Source: Dehalococcoidia bacterium (lineage in GTDB: Bacteria; Chloroflexota; Dehalococcoidia; UBA2979). Taken from it: a stretch of 64,000 nucleotides of DNA. A program made the translations under genes and the position numbers. The notes beneath the pieces were generated by a model. That model was not told the origin of the DNA. It worked only from the letters and a program-made list of their open reading frames with translations, and did no database searches. Position 1 is the first letter of the stretch. Each line of letters starts with the position of its first letter. Shown piece after piece: positions 9,479 to 19,328 of the stretch. The DNA lies in the NCBI GenBank assembly GCA_965262725.1, contig OZ253555.1, forward strand, positions 64,001-128,000, read 5' to 3'.

Positions 9479-10306
9479 ATGACAGTGACGATCGTCTCCT
9501 GGAATGTCGCGCGCCGCCGGAAGCCGTGGCGTGTCCTAGGCGACATGGATCTCGATGTCGCGTTGCTCCAGGAGGCAAGCCGCCCGCCGCGGGACGTCGC
9601 AACCCGCATCGAGCTGGACCCGGCGCCCTGGCCGAAGCCAAGCGCGCGCGCATCGCGACGCTGGCGCACGGCAATCGCCAGACTCTCCGAGCGCGTCTGC
9701 CTGGAATGGATCGACGCGAAGTCGCTCGAGGATGCGGCCAGCGGGGAGCTGGCTGTCAGCCATGCGGGCACGCTCACCGCTGCGCGCGTGTCCGCCCCCG
9801 GCATCGAGCCCTTCCTCGCCGTCTCCATGTACGCGCCGTGGAGGAGGCCGCACAAGGTGACCGGCAGCAGACGGATCTTCTCGGATGCATCGGCCCACCG
9901 AGTCGTCTCCGACCTGTCCGTGCTCGTCGGCCGCGAGTCCGGCCACCGCATTCTGGCCGCCGGGGATCTCAACATCCTCCATGGCCATGGAGAGCGCGGC
10001 AGCTCGTACTGGGCCTCGCGCTACCGAACCGTGTTCGACAGGATGGAGGCGCTCGGGCTCCCCTTCGTCGGCCCGCAGGCGCCAGACGGACGCCAGGCCG
10101 ATCCATGGCCGCGGGAGCTCCCGAGGGACAGCAAGAACGTCCCGACGTATCACTCGAACCGCCAGACGCCGGACACGGCGAGGCGCCAGCTGGACTTCGT
10201 CTTCGCCTCGAGAGAGCTGACGGGCTCCGTGCGGGTACGGGCGCTCAACGAGCCGGATCAGTGGGGCCCCAGCGACCACTGCCGCCTGACGATCGACATC
10301 TCGTAG
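9479..10306 (+). CDS. Endonuclease/exonuclease/phosphatase (EEP) family protein
   Basis: SWNV, DVALLQEA, AGDLN, QLDFVF and SDH motifs. Confidence 0.92.
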   Translation: MTVTIVSWNVARRRKPWRVLGDMDLDVALLQEASRPPRDVATRIELDPAPWPKPSARASRRWRTAIARLSERVCLEWIDAKSLEDAASGELAVSHAGTLTAARVSAPGIEPFLAVSMYAPWRRPHKVTGSRRIFSDASAHRVVSDLSVLVGRESGHRILAAGDLNILHGHGERGSSYWASRYRTVFDRMEALGLPFVGPQAPDGRQADPWPRELPRDSKNVPTYHSNRQTPDTARRQLDFVFASRELTGSVRVRALNEPDQWGPSDHCRLTIDIS

Positions 10307-10362
10307 CGAGGCGTGGGCGTGAGGGCACAGAGGAGCACGCCACGCCGAGAGGGCTTCGTCGA

Positions 10363-10740
10363 GTGAGCGAACACGCGGACCCGCCGCTGGAGCTGCGGTT
10401 TGACCGCCTCGCATCCCTCCTTCCCATGTTCGAACCTCCCGACTTCTCCTTCGGGACGGCGAAGGCTGCCGAGCAGTTCGTCGAAATCGCGTATGAGGAC
10501 GGTTGGGTGCGGCCGGAATTCGCCTGGATGGAGTGGCTTGGCACGGATCACCACCAGCGCTTCGAGCAGGATCACGAGACGGTTGCGGACGCGAGCGCTG
10601 GCGAACTCGCGCAACTGCTCACTACGCACATTCGGCTGGATCGGTTCTCCTATGGCGCTCTGGAGGAAGCGGGTCAGTCAGGCCTCTTCACCGCCATTCT
10701 GCGGCGCATCGACCGACTCCACCGCGAAGCGGCCGGGTAG
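10363..10740 (+). CDS. DUF6508-like protein
   Basis: FVEIAYEDGWVRPEFAWMEW...LLTTHIRLDRFSYGAL...GLFTAILRR; start codon uncertain. Confidence 0.75.
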   Translation: MSEHADPPLELRFDRLASLLPMFEPPDFSFGTAKAAEQFVEIAYEDGWVRPEFAWMEWLGTDHHQRFEQDHETVADASAGELAQLLTTHIRLDRFSYGALEEAGQSGLFTAILRRIDRLHREAAG

Positions 10741-10764
10741 GAAGACCCGTCGTCCTCGCGCCAC

Positions 10765-11496
10765 CTATGGCCGGATCCGCTCAATCGTTCCGTCGGTCCC
10801 CCGCTCTCCTGAACCGAGCGGAGGGCCGATCGGCTTCGTGTACCGCCGGTCACGCCGACCGCTTTTCGTGATCCGCCATCCCTCGGTGTCGACGGGATCC
10901 CGCTCGCCGCTCGGCTTGGTCACGTAGCGCAGCGTGGTGACGATCGTCTCGACGGGGAGCTGATCGTGCTCGGGACGCTCCGGCGTGGGAAGCCCCATCG
11001 CTCCCCTGAGCGCGTCCGTCCAGTTGCGCATGTAGCGGTCGATCCCGGCGGTCATCTCACTCATGGCGCGGAGGGCGGACGGCACGTCCACGGAGTCCAG
11101 AAGATCATCGGGAATGGTCAGGTCGAGATGCGAGATCGGGCGCGTCCCCGGAACGCAACTCGAGGGTTCCGTGCTCCCCTCCCCGGAACCACCGGAGACG
11201 ATGTCGCTACAGTGCTCGATGCCCGCGGCCCGGATGCACAGCCCGTCGAACGTCCAGCTCGTTTCGGACGCGACCTTGTGCATCGTCTCGCCGGTCGCCC
11301 CACGATCGGCTGCCAGCATCCCGGCCTGGATCTCGGCGCCCAGGTCGTCGTCGAACGGCCGGCCGTGCACGGCCTCCGCATCGGCTATGTCGAAGAAGAG
11401 CAACTGCTGCAGGGTGTGTCCCGACACGACGATGTTGAGCCGGCGCACGCGCACGCCGGCGATCTCCAGGTTCTGCTCCCTGACCGACGCCGTCAT
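10765..11496 (-). CDS. Hypothetical protein, third gene of the phosphatase/ADP-ribosylhydrolase operon
   Basis: ATGA overlap with the ARH stop; 243 aa; basic ITKSGRRDRRY motif near the C-terminus. Confidence 0.75.
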   Translation of the reverse strand: MTASVREQNLEIAGVRVRRLNIVVSGHTLQQLLFFDIADAEAVHGRPFDDDLGAEIQAGMLAADRGATGETMHKVASETSWTFDGLCIRAAGIEHCSDIVSGGSGEGSTEPSSCVPGTRPISHLDLTIPDDLLDSVDVPSALRAMSEMTAGIDRYMRNWTDALRGAMGLPTPERPEHDQLPVETIVTTLRYVTKPSGERDPVDTEGWRITKSGRRDRRYTKPIGPPLGSGERGTDGTIERIRP

Positions 11497-12473
11497 CGAG
11501 GGACTCCCGGCTGCTGTTCGGCGCTCGGGGTTCGGCGGCTGTGCTCGTGGAGGCGGTCGGCGAGCGTCGCGATCTCGGCCTCCATCGCCAGCTGCTCCCG
11601 CCACGGGGCCGGGATCGCCCCGGCGCCGTAGTGGGCGCCGGCGAGCTGCCCGTAGATCGCACCCGTTGTGTCGGCGTCGTCGCCCAGGTTCACGGCGAGG
11701 AGTGCCCCCTCGCGGAAGTCGCGTGCGCGGGAAAACGCCCAGAGCGCCGCTTCGAGGGACCGGACCACGTAGCCCGAGCCTTGGATCTCGGGAGGATCGC
11801 GTTCCGCGAACGACCCGCCGGCGACGCGCGCGATTTGCCCGGCCAGAGGCTCTCGCTCCCACAGCCCGGCGACCGGGCAGTAGTCCGCGGAGAGGAGGGT
11901 CTCCTTCTCGACGCCTCGCAACGCGCCGACGAGCAGGCCGGCGAAGTAGCGGCAGGCATCGACCGCTTCCCGCACGCGGTGCGTCGTCCTCGAGCTGTCG
12001 GCCGCCCGGCGGATCGCCTCGGCGGGGTCTCCCGCGAAGTACATCGGCACCGGCGCGAGCCGCATCAGCGAGCCGTTGCCGGCCGAGTAGCGATCGCTCG
12101 AGCCGGCGTAGGGCTTCCCCTCCTGCTCGAACCGCGACAGGGCCGCGCGGACGGTGACCCCGATGTCGAAGCAGTGCCCCGTCGAGGAGAGGTAGCCCTC
12201 CCGCCACCACCGCACGTAGCGCCGCATCTGGTCCGCGGCGTCGAAGCCACCCCGCTCGACCAGACTCGTGGCCAGGCACAACGCCATCGAAGTGTCGTCC
12301 GTCCACTCTCCCGGCCCTAGCCCGAACGGCCCGCCGCCGACCATGTCGTCGATCGGTTCGAAGCTCCCGGGCGGACTGAACTCGAGCGCGGTGCCGAGGG
12401 CGTCGCCTGCCGCGAGGCCCAGCAGGCAGCCCCGGAACCGCTCGCTGGCGGTGATCTGACCCGTGCTGCTCAT
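11493..12473 (-). CDS. ADP-ribosylglycohydrolase (DraG/ARH family)
   Basis: GDALG, WTDDT, GNGSLMR, GDDADTTGAIYGQLAGA. Confidence 0.96.
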   Translation of the reverse strand: MSSTGQITASERFRGCLLGLAAGDALGTALEFSPPGSFEPIDDMVGGGPFGLGPGEWTDDTSMALCLATSLVERGGFDAADQMRRYVRWWREGYLSSTGHCFDIGVTVRAALSRFEQEGKPYAGSSDRYSAGNGSLMRLAPVPMYFAGDPAEAIRRAADSSRTTHRVREAVDACRYFAGLLVGALRGVEKETLLSADYCPVAGLWEREPLAGQIARVAGGSFAERDPPEIQGSGYVVRSLEAALWAFSRARDFREGALLAVNLGDDADTTGAIYGQLAGAHYGAGAIPAPWREQLAMEAEIATLADRLHEHSRRTPSAEQQPGVPR

Positions 12474-13021
12474 CGCGCTCCAGGCTCCGTCCAGCCGCGG
12501 ACGTACGCACGCTGTTCCCGTGTCTCCGGCGAGTGAGGCCGGCGATGCGCCTTCTCCACTTCCCTCCACCACTCGGCGACCTGGACCAGGGCCTCGTCTC
12601 CCGTCCTCCCGCATCGCACGAGCCAGCACCCGACCGCGGTCGCGGTCCGGCCGACTCCGCCCCAGCAGTGCAGGTAGACGGTCTCGCCGCCGTGCAGAGC
12701 GGCGTCGATGGCGTCGAGAATGCCGGTCATCTCCGTCGGGCTGGCCGGGATCGAGACGTCGACGACCGGATGCCGCTCATGCACGACGTCTGCGCCGAGG
12801 CGGGCGGCTTCCACCGCCGCGATCTCGGCATACGGCGCCAGGCCCTCGCCCGGCTCGGTGAGATCGACGAAATGGTCGATACTGGCGCTCAGTAGCGCCC
12901 GAAGCCTGGCCGCGGCCTCGTCGGGGTCCTTCGCGCCCGGGTACTCACCGGCCGCGAACCGGCCCGGGACGACCCAGTAGCTGTTGGGAAGCGGGCGGCC
13001 TTCGCCTGCTGGTGCGCTCAT
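12470..13021 (-). CDS. Dual-specificity/tyrosine phosphatase-like protein
   Basis: HCWGGVGRT (CX5R); SPETREQ; ATGA overlap with ARH. Confidence 0.92.
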   Translation of the reverse strand: MSAPAGEGRPLPNSYWVVPGRFAAGEYPGAKDPDEAAARLRALLSASIDHFVDLTEPGEGLAPYAEIAAVEAARLGADVVHERHPVVDVSIPASPTEMTGILDAIDAALHGGETVYLHCWGGVGRTATAVGCWLVRCGRTGDEALVQVAEWWREVEKAHRRPHSPETREQRAYVRGWTEPGAR

Positions 13022-13124
13022 CTTTGCGGGCGCCTTGGTGCGCTCCGGGCGGCCCGCCCCCTTGCCGGGCGAGCCCCCGATGTACTGTAGCGCCCGCGCT
13101 CGATCCTCCGTGCTGGGCTGCGCG

Positions 13125-13186
13125 CCGCCGGGGCCGCCCATGGATCGACAGACGACATCCGCGAGCGGGGGCCACCCCTCCCTCTC
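13125..13186 (+). repeat. Eroded IS5-like transposase-derived repeat (copy 1 of 3)
   Basis: GGGCCGCCCATGGATCGACAGACGACATCCGCGAGCG is shared with ~29225 and partly with ~22168. Confidence 0.55.
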
Positions 13187-13276
13187 GCTCTCGGCGCTCG
13201 ACGTGTGCCTGTTCGAGCACGGGTAGGTGTATCGGGGGCGCCGTAACCGGGCGGTGGAGAGGACGCGGAGAAGGCG

Positions 13277-13912
13277 ATGTCACAACTGATCGAGCACCTG
13301 CGCTCCTTCAACAGGAAGGAGCGCTTCATCCTGCTGCGCGAGGCCCTCGGTACCGACGCGCTGGGCGACGACTTCCGCAGTCGGCTCGGGGATCTAATCG
13401 GCACCACGGTCCCCGCCGACGCGTTCGTCGCGATGGACTACCACCTCGACTGGCTGCAGATGGCGCTCTACCTCGCCGGTACTCCCTCGCCGCCGCAGCC
13501 AATTCCCAACGACGACGAACTCGTCGTCGGGAACCAGGAGGATGCGGACCTCATCGTGGCCTTCGAGGGCGACTCCACGACGCACGTCGTGCTGGTGGAG
13601 GCGAAGGTGGAGACGGGGTGGACGAACGGCCAGCTCAAGTCAAAGGCAGAGCGGCTCAGCAGGATCTTCGCCGAGGGCCGGCCCGGTGCTCACCTGGTAA
13701 CGCCCTGCTACGTGCTCGCATCACCCGAACCGCCCCCTCCGGGCATCAGCACCGCCGGATGGCCCTCCTGGATGAACCTCGGCGGCGAGCCGCTCTGGAT
13801 GGAACTCGCACGGCCACCCGGGCTCAAGAAGCCGACGCGCTGCACCGCGCAGGGGGAGACCTCGCGTCGGGGCGGCTTCGTTCGCATCGATTCGTTGAGC
13901 GGCGCCGGCTAG
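13277..13912 (+). CDS. PD-(D/E)XK nuclease-like protein
   Basis: EDADLIVAF...VVLVEAK...W...QL motif; GGAGAAGG RBS. Confidence 0.8.
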   Translation: MSQLIEHLRSFNRKERFILLREALGTDALGDDFRSRLGDLIGTTVPADAFVAMDYHLDWLQMALYLAGTPSPPQPIPNDDELVVGNQEDADLIVAFEGDSTTHVVLVEAKVETGWTNGQLKSKAERLSRIFAEGRPGAHLVTPCYVLASPEPPPPGISTAGWPSWMNLGGEPLWMELARPPGLKKPTRCTAQGETSRRGGFVRIDSLSGAG

Positions 13913-14717
13913 GCGACGTCGAGCGGCACCGGTCAGCGCGAGACAGGGCGCGGCGGCCCGGGCGTAGACCGTGTGACTCTGTGGGATGCGTCGTCTGGAC
14001 CGCGGGCCGGTGCAACAAGCGCGCCTCAGGAGACCGCTACGCTGTCGCGGGGGAAGTGCATTGCGGACGCACTCCACGATCTGGGCCCGAGAGCGATGGC
14101 GGCGGGGTCGAAGCCGACGAGAGCGTGGCGGGCGTGAGGCCGCAGTACATCCTCACCCCCGGGGCGGTGCCCCGCACGCGCAGCGTGGCATTAGCGGGCA
14201 TCGCCTTCTGTCTGCGAGACGAAGCCGATGCCGTGGCTCGTGAGATATGGGCCCAGCGATGACAGATACGCCACCGGGTCCGATCGCAGAGTGACCTCAC
14301 GCCCGCCGATGCCGAAGTATCCGGGAGTACCCGGGAGCGGGATCGGCTTCGGGCTCATCATCTGCCGCGGACGGCGGCGCCATGCGCGCCTCAATCCGGC
14401 CGGGATGACGCCGCTGCGTGGAGCGATCAGCGCACCGGACGCGTCCACGTCGATTCGGATGCGCCGGTCGGCTATGAGCACCAGAGTCGCTACAGCGGCC
14501 ATCAGAATCCGAACTCCTGGATCGCTTGCCACGCCCGCGGGCCACATTGTGGAGGTCGTCTTCTCGCAGGGCCAACCCGCAACACGTGCGAGCCCCTACC
14601 AATCGCTACACGAGTGGATCTACCCTACGCCCCTAGGAACGCCGCACACGCAATCGCAGCGAGGTCCGGGCAGCACGCACCGCGTTGCCCGTCTCGCCAT
14701 CTGGCAGAATGCGCCGC

Positions 14718-15074
14718 ATGGTCTCCGCTCCAATGCCCGACATCATGACGTTGATCGAGAGCGCCCCCTGGCGAGAGGCAGTGACCTACCGCGACACGTG
14801 GCCCCACGAGTACGTCGTGGCTGGCCGCGATCGCCAGGAAGCGCTGCTCGCGGCGTTCTGTGCCCGCATCGCGCATGGCGAGGGTGTCGAATGCTGCTTC
14901 TTCGGACAGACGCGACGATATCTCTTCCTCGGTGATCACAAGTACTGGACGATGACCGACTGCGCCGAGATCGACCTCGCCTCCGACGACTACGTCCTCA
15001 ACCGCGCACGCCTCTACCGCGACCGCCGCGACTTCGACGTGCGGGCTGGCGACCGCGGTGTGAGGGACGAGTAG
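14718..15074 (+). CDS. Hypothetical protein
   Basis: APWREAVTYRDTWPHEYVV...YLFLGDHKYWTM...VLNRA; high-GC3 codon usage; start uncertain. Confidence 0.75.
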   Translation: MVSAPMPDIMTLIESAPWREAVTYRDTWPHEYVVAGRDRQEALLAAFCARIAHGEGVECCFFGQTRRYLFLGDHKYWTMTDCAEIDLASDDYVLNRARLYRDRRDFDVRAGDRGVRDE

Positions 15075-15246
15075 AGGTCCGGTAGGCTGACCCGCCGACG
15101 GCGGTGACCTCGTCTGCTCGCAGACACAGAACTCGGACGGCTCCGTACGCGGAGCGTCGAGGCCATCGCGCGGCCGGAGCGAATCCGCAGCTTCGGCGAC
15201 CTGCACATCGAGCGAGCCAGTGACCGGCCCCCCGAACTCACCTCGC

Positions 15247-15317
15247 GCATGCCGCCCCGCATGAGCATCAGTGCGGACAACTGATGGTTCGGTGTTCGAA
15301 TCGTCCCCGGCCCGCAT
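15247..15317 (+). repeat. tRNA-Arg 3'-half/att-like site
   Basis: GCATGCCGCCCCGCATGAGCA-TCAGT-GCGGACA-ACTGA...TTCGAAT...CCGGC; 33/43 identical to the tRNA outside the loop, gapless. Confidence 0.8.
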
Positions 15318-15859
15318 CCCCCGCTCGTCCCGCAGTCATGTGCTGGTGGGGCCCCGCCCCGTCACGACCACGGCACGGAAGAAGGGAACAGCCATGCACT
15401 CGGTAGCGTTCAGCGACGCCGACCGCGACGCACCTTCGCTGATGAAGTAGAGGAATTTGTCCCCGCGTGGTGTGGTCAGCCCGGCGTCGACCGGATCCGT
15501 GGACGCCGTGACGGCGGCAGATCCGCCCACGATGAGGCGGCGGCGCGGGACCTCTGGCGCCACTGAAGCGCGGCCTGTGGGTTGTTCCGGCCTCGACCCG
15601 CAACCGCGGCCCGGCATCGCTCCGCCGGCTACCTGCCGGGGCATTGTCATGACCGCCCTCCCAATGCATGGCGCTCAACATCACCGTTGCGAGGGCGAAG
15701 TTGGCGTCCCGGAAGCTGATGCCCGCGAGGACCGTCCTGACCGGGTCCGTGCAGCGATAGATCCCTGGGACCCCCGTTGCAGCCGGCCCGATGAGAACAA
15801 CAGTGAGGACAGCAAGCAGGGGAGACTCCGCCGAGCATGGACCGCCGCGCCATCGTCGC

Positions 15860-16450
15860 TCAGGTGTGGCGAGTGCGACGGGCCATCACGACGGCTCCCG
15901 CTGTGGCCAGCACGACCGCCGCGACAAGCAGCGACCAGTGCGCGGTGTCGCTCGCCGTCGGCTGGGCGTCGGTCAGACCGGTTCCTGCCGCAGGCGGCTG
16001 CGGAGGCACGGCAGCCTCCCCGGAGTCAGCCACGCCGGCGCCGCCTGGCTGGCCCGCGTCCAGCAGGGCCACCTCGTCCTGTGCGTACTGTAGGGGGACC
16101 GTTCCTCCGCAGAGCCACACCTCCAGTGCTTCATCGAAGGCGTAGACGAGGTACTCCCCTCCCTGCTCGAAGGGGTAGCCGCAGTCTCCCCACCCGAGAC
16201 TCGATGTCGTGACGACGATTTCGGAAGCTTCCGGGCCCTTCCACACGCTGTAGACGTCGAACGTGATGTCAACGGGATAGTCGCCGCTGATGGCGACGGC
16301 CCTGCCGGAGAAGACTGCGGCGGCGTCCTCGAACGCCTCCAGCGGCGCGAGCGGGGCGCAGCTGCACGCGAAGGCGCGCTCGGTGGTCGCTGCCGGAGAC
16401 AGGCCGAGGAGGACGACGATGACGGCAAGACGGAGGAACGAGCGACGCAC
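15860..16450 (-). CDS. Secreted TIMP/NTR-like protein with a C-terminal sorting-like signal
   Basis: Signal peptide AFA|CSC, VFSG, WKG, DCGYPF, YLVYA; C-terminal PAAGTG + TM helix + RRTR. Confidence 0.85.
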   Translation of the reverse strand: MRRSFLRLAVIVVLLGLSPAATTERAFACSCAPLAPLEAFEDAAAVFSGRAVAISGDYPVDITFDVYSVWKGPEASEIVVTTSSLGWGDCGYPFEQGGEYLVYAFDEALEVWLCGGTVPLQYAQDEVALLDAGQPGGAGVADSGEAAVPPQPPAAGTGLTDAQPTASDTAHWSLLVAAVVLATAGAVVMARRTRHT

Positions 16451-16854
16451 CGAGGAAGCCTATCAGATGTCATGAAGGTCGGTCCCCGCTTCGGAGGGGT
16501 GACGACGGGCCGAGGGGCACGGCTCCGTGAGCCGGGCGCACTGCGCTCGCAACCTGGGTCCTCACGAGCGGCCCGTGAGCGCGGACGTCGATCGGCACGA
16601 TTGCGGGTGGGCTGTACGCGTTCGAGCGGCTGAGTGGTGACCACCGTGAGCTGATCGCTCTCATCGCGTCGACCTTCGAGGCGATGGGTGCCCGGCGTGA
16701 CGTTCTATCGCCGGCACGATGAGATCGTGCTGTACCTTCCCGTATCCGGGTCGTAAGCGAGTGGGGTGTTCTGCGGCGGGACAACGGGAGTGACAGCGCG
16801 TCATCCCGACCTCACGCGTGCGCTCCAGCCGGCAGCTGCCTGGGCGTTCATCGG

Positions 16855-16925
16855 GCGTACCGTCGCGGGCGACGCTCAGTTCATGGGACTGGGGGTCGAG
16901 GTTTCGAGTCCTCCCTGGCGCGCCA
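16855..16925 (+). repeat. tRNA-Arg 3'-half/att-like site
   Basis: TCAGT-TCATGGG-ACTGG-GGGTCGAGGTTTCGAGTCCTCCCTGGCGCGCCA; 38/43 outside the loop. Confidence 0.9.
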
Positions 16926-17193
16926 CCTCCGCTCCATGCCTCCTGCATGCGATGTCGCGACCACCGACAGATCGTCGATGTCGTCCGGCGGTGGACGCCG
17001 CACGGGCGGGAGCAGTCCGTGGCACCACCACCTCCCGGAGATCATCAAGCGGCAGCGAGAAGAAGAACCTGCGGGTGCGCGCCGGGCTCCAGGTCTCCCT
17101 GAGTGCGCGTCTTTCGACCCATGCCTCTCCCTATTCGAGTTTCGAGTGGTGAGAAGTCGGCCGTCGGTGGTCCTGCGGGCGAGGCAATCGTGC

Positions 17194-18465
17194 TCAGTTC
17201 GGCCGCTGGGGCACGGGCCGTGACGGATCCGCGATAGTCGTATCGCCCTCCGGGCTTGCGAGACCTCGCTCGAATGCCGTGAACGCCTCGATGAGCTCCG
17301 GCGCCTCGAACGCGCGGTTGCGGCGGCCAACCGTGATCTGGACCAGGATCCCCGCGCGAACCAGTTGGTCCATCGCCTGGGTCGTCGCCCGCAGCGAGCG
17401 GCCGATGAGATCCGCGGCGACGGACGTGGTCAGGACCGGCGCCTCGGGGAGCGCGTCGATGAGCAGGCGGAGCGCCGAGCCGCCCCGCGCGGGACCCGCT
17501 CGCTCGAGCCATTCCGCCTGGAGCGCCTGCACCCGCTCCTCGAAGCGCGCAGCGTCGCCCGCGGCACGCAGGCAGGCTTCGGCGGCGAGCGCGACCCAGC
17601 GGTCGAAGCCGTCGCGCGCCTCGGTGCTATCGGACGGCCCGACGTAGCGCGTCGCGGTCAAGCCGGCCACGTAGGCCGAAGACCATGTCGCCAGCACCAG
17701 CGAGATGGGCGGTTGGACGCGGAGCCCCAGGCCGCGGCGTCGCAGCACCAGATGGATCAGGGCACGGCCCACGCGTCCGTTGCCGTCCACGAACGGGTGA
17801 ATGGTCTCGAACTGCGCGTGCGTGATCGCTGCCTGGACCAGCGGTGGCCACGCATCGGCGCTGGCGAAGGCGCAGAGGTCATCGAACAGGTCCTCCACGA
17901 TCTCCGGGGGTGGCGGCACGAACGCCGCGGCGCACGGGTTGTACCCGGAGCTTCCGATCCAGTTCTGCCGGTCTCGCAGGCGCCCGCCGTGTTTCTCGAG
18001 CGGTGTGCCGGCGAGCAGCAGGCGGTGCATCTCCAGCAGGACAGCCGGTTCAATCGGGTCGCCAGGCCCCACCGTCTCTACACCCATCGACATTGCGTCG
18101 ATGTTGGCCAGCACCTCCTCGGCTGTACGGTCGCGCGGGTCATTGCCGAGACGGCGCGCCGCATCGGCACGGAGCAGCCGCCGGCCCCCGACCACCAATC
18201 CTTCGATGCGAGACGACGCGACCGATTCGGCGCGCAGGATCAATCGGGCGAGGGAGTGGCTGCCGGCGAGCGCGGTGGCCGATTCATCGAGGCGCACGAG
18301 CGCGGCCTCGGCCGCGGCGACATCCGCGGTGACCTCGCCCGAGAGCGCGAAGTCGCGGCCGGCGAGTGGATCCGGCAGGTATGTGTCGTAGTTGCAGGGC
18401 CGCCGGTCGCGGTAGGTTTGCCCCGTCGGGCTTCCCTGCCACTGTCGGCGCTCGTAGCCAGCCAT
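17194..18465 (-). CDS. Fic-family protein (class II, autoinhibited) with C-terminal HTH
   Basis: HPFVDGNGRVGR catalytic motif; SSRIEG inhibitory motif; AGAGAGG RBS. Confidence 0.95.
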   Translation of the reverse strand: MAGYERRQWQGSPTGQTYRDRRPCNYDTYLPDPLAGRDFALSGEVTADVAAAEAALVRLDESATALAGSHSLARLILRAESVASSRIEGLVVGGRRLLRADAARRLGNDPRDRTAEEVLANIDAMSMGVETVGPGDPIEPAVLLEMHRLLLAGTPLEKHGGRLRDRQNWIGSSGYNPCAAAFVPPPPEIVEDLFDDLCAFASADAWPPLVQAAITHAQFETIHPFVDGNGRVGRALIHLVLRRRGLGLRVQPPISLVLATWSSAYVAGLTATRYVGPSDSTEARDGFDRWVALAAEACLRAAGDAARFEERVQALQAEWLERAGPARGGSALRLLIDALPEAPVLTTSVAADLIGRSLRATTQAMDQLVRAGILVQITVGRRNRAFEAPELIEAFTAFERGLASPEGDTTIADPSRPVPQRPN

Positions 18466-18540
18466 ATCAACCTCTCTTGCTGAATGTTATCACCTAACCT
18501 CCTATATGGAGCCGTACTATCGGAGGTTAGGGTCGCCCGC

Positions 18541-18573
18541 GCTTCGCCTGCGCCGCCTCAGCCCCTGAGCGTC
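18541..18573 (+). repeat. Isolated left arm of the att-like repeat
   Basis: 26/33 identical to 5651-5683; ends at the TC of TCAGT. Confidence 0.55.
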
Positions 18574-18574
18574 C

Positions 18575-18632
18575 GAGCGCGGCGTGGCCCTCAGCTATCT
18601 CTCCGAGATCGAGCGCTGTCGCAAGCCAGGCT
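18575..18632 (+). pseudogene. XRE-family HTH fragment
   Basis: ERGVALSYLSEIERCRKPG. Confidence 0.6.
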
Positions 18633-18956
18633 GCGATCGCAGCATTGACTGGTAGCGCCGGGACCTTCAGCAGGACCATCGACGCCCTGGTAGTCGACTG
18701 ATCGTCATCCGGCTCGTGGTACCCGGTGGCGGGCGCGCCCGAGCGCCAGCCTCATGGACTTGGGGGTACGGGCCGAGCTCGATGGCCGCACGCTTTGTTG
18801 AGACTTCCGTCCGGCCACGTGGGGGCTCGGTCTTGTTGAGTGGCAAGCTCGCCGGGTGTGACCGCATGTGCGCGTAAGCGGGTTTGCCGATCTTGTCGCT
18901 ATGCTGATATTCTCGTATGCGGACCACTTGCAGACTGTTAAGTTCTAGGTTAGCGT

Positions 18957-19328
18957 GTGATTACGCTCAGGCTAGTTCGTCGAGGCGACCAGAAGACGCT
19001 CTACGCGCTAGCGCAGGAGAGCGGCAGGTGTCGCTACGAGAAGTTCATCGATGCGCTCGTTGAGAAAGATCGCATCAAGCTGACCAGTCTACTTGACCGT
19101 ACCGTAAGCCACGGGCTACCGCGGAATACGCAGAGATTCAAGCACTTGGAGGACGGGATCTATGAGTTCAAGTCCGATCAGCACCGGCTTCTGTGCTTCC
19201 AATTGCCCGACAATTTGATCGTCATCACACACGGTCTCACCAAGAAGAAGAACAGAATGCCCCGGGCTGAGATCGAGCGGGCAAAGCGAATGCGAACCCA
19301 GTTCTTGGAAGCGGGAGGAGCGTCGTGA
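18957..19328 (+). CDS. RelE/ParE (HigB/Gp49-like) toxin of a TAC operon
   Basis: FKHLEDGIYEFKSDQHRLLCF...ITHGLTKKKNRMPRAEIERAK; possibly leaderless (TAGGTT 5 nt before GTG). Confidence 0.9.
   Translation: MITLRLVRRGDQKTLYALAQESGRCRYEKFIDALVEKDRIKLTSLLDRTVSHGLPRNTQRFKHLEDGIYEFKSDQHRLLCFQLPDNLIVITHGLTKKKNRMPRAEIERAKRMRTQFLEAGGAS

Noticed and set aside
14460-14531. ATGAGCA-CCAGA...TCCGAAC...GCCA as an ancient att-like site
   Set aside because: The register roughly fits but the right stem arm is absent; indistinguishable from chance by eye.
18733-18780. GAGCG-CCAGC-CTCATGG-ACTTG-GGGGT as an att-like site
   Set aside because: It resembles the 16876/28521 cores, but the downstream match is poor; kept only as a possible copy.
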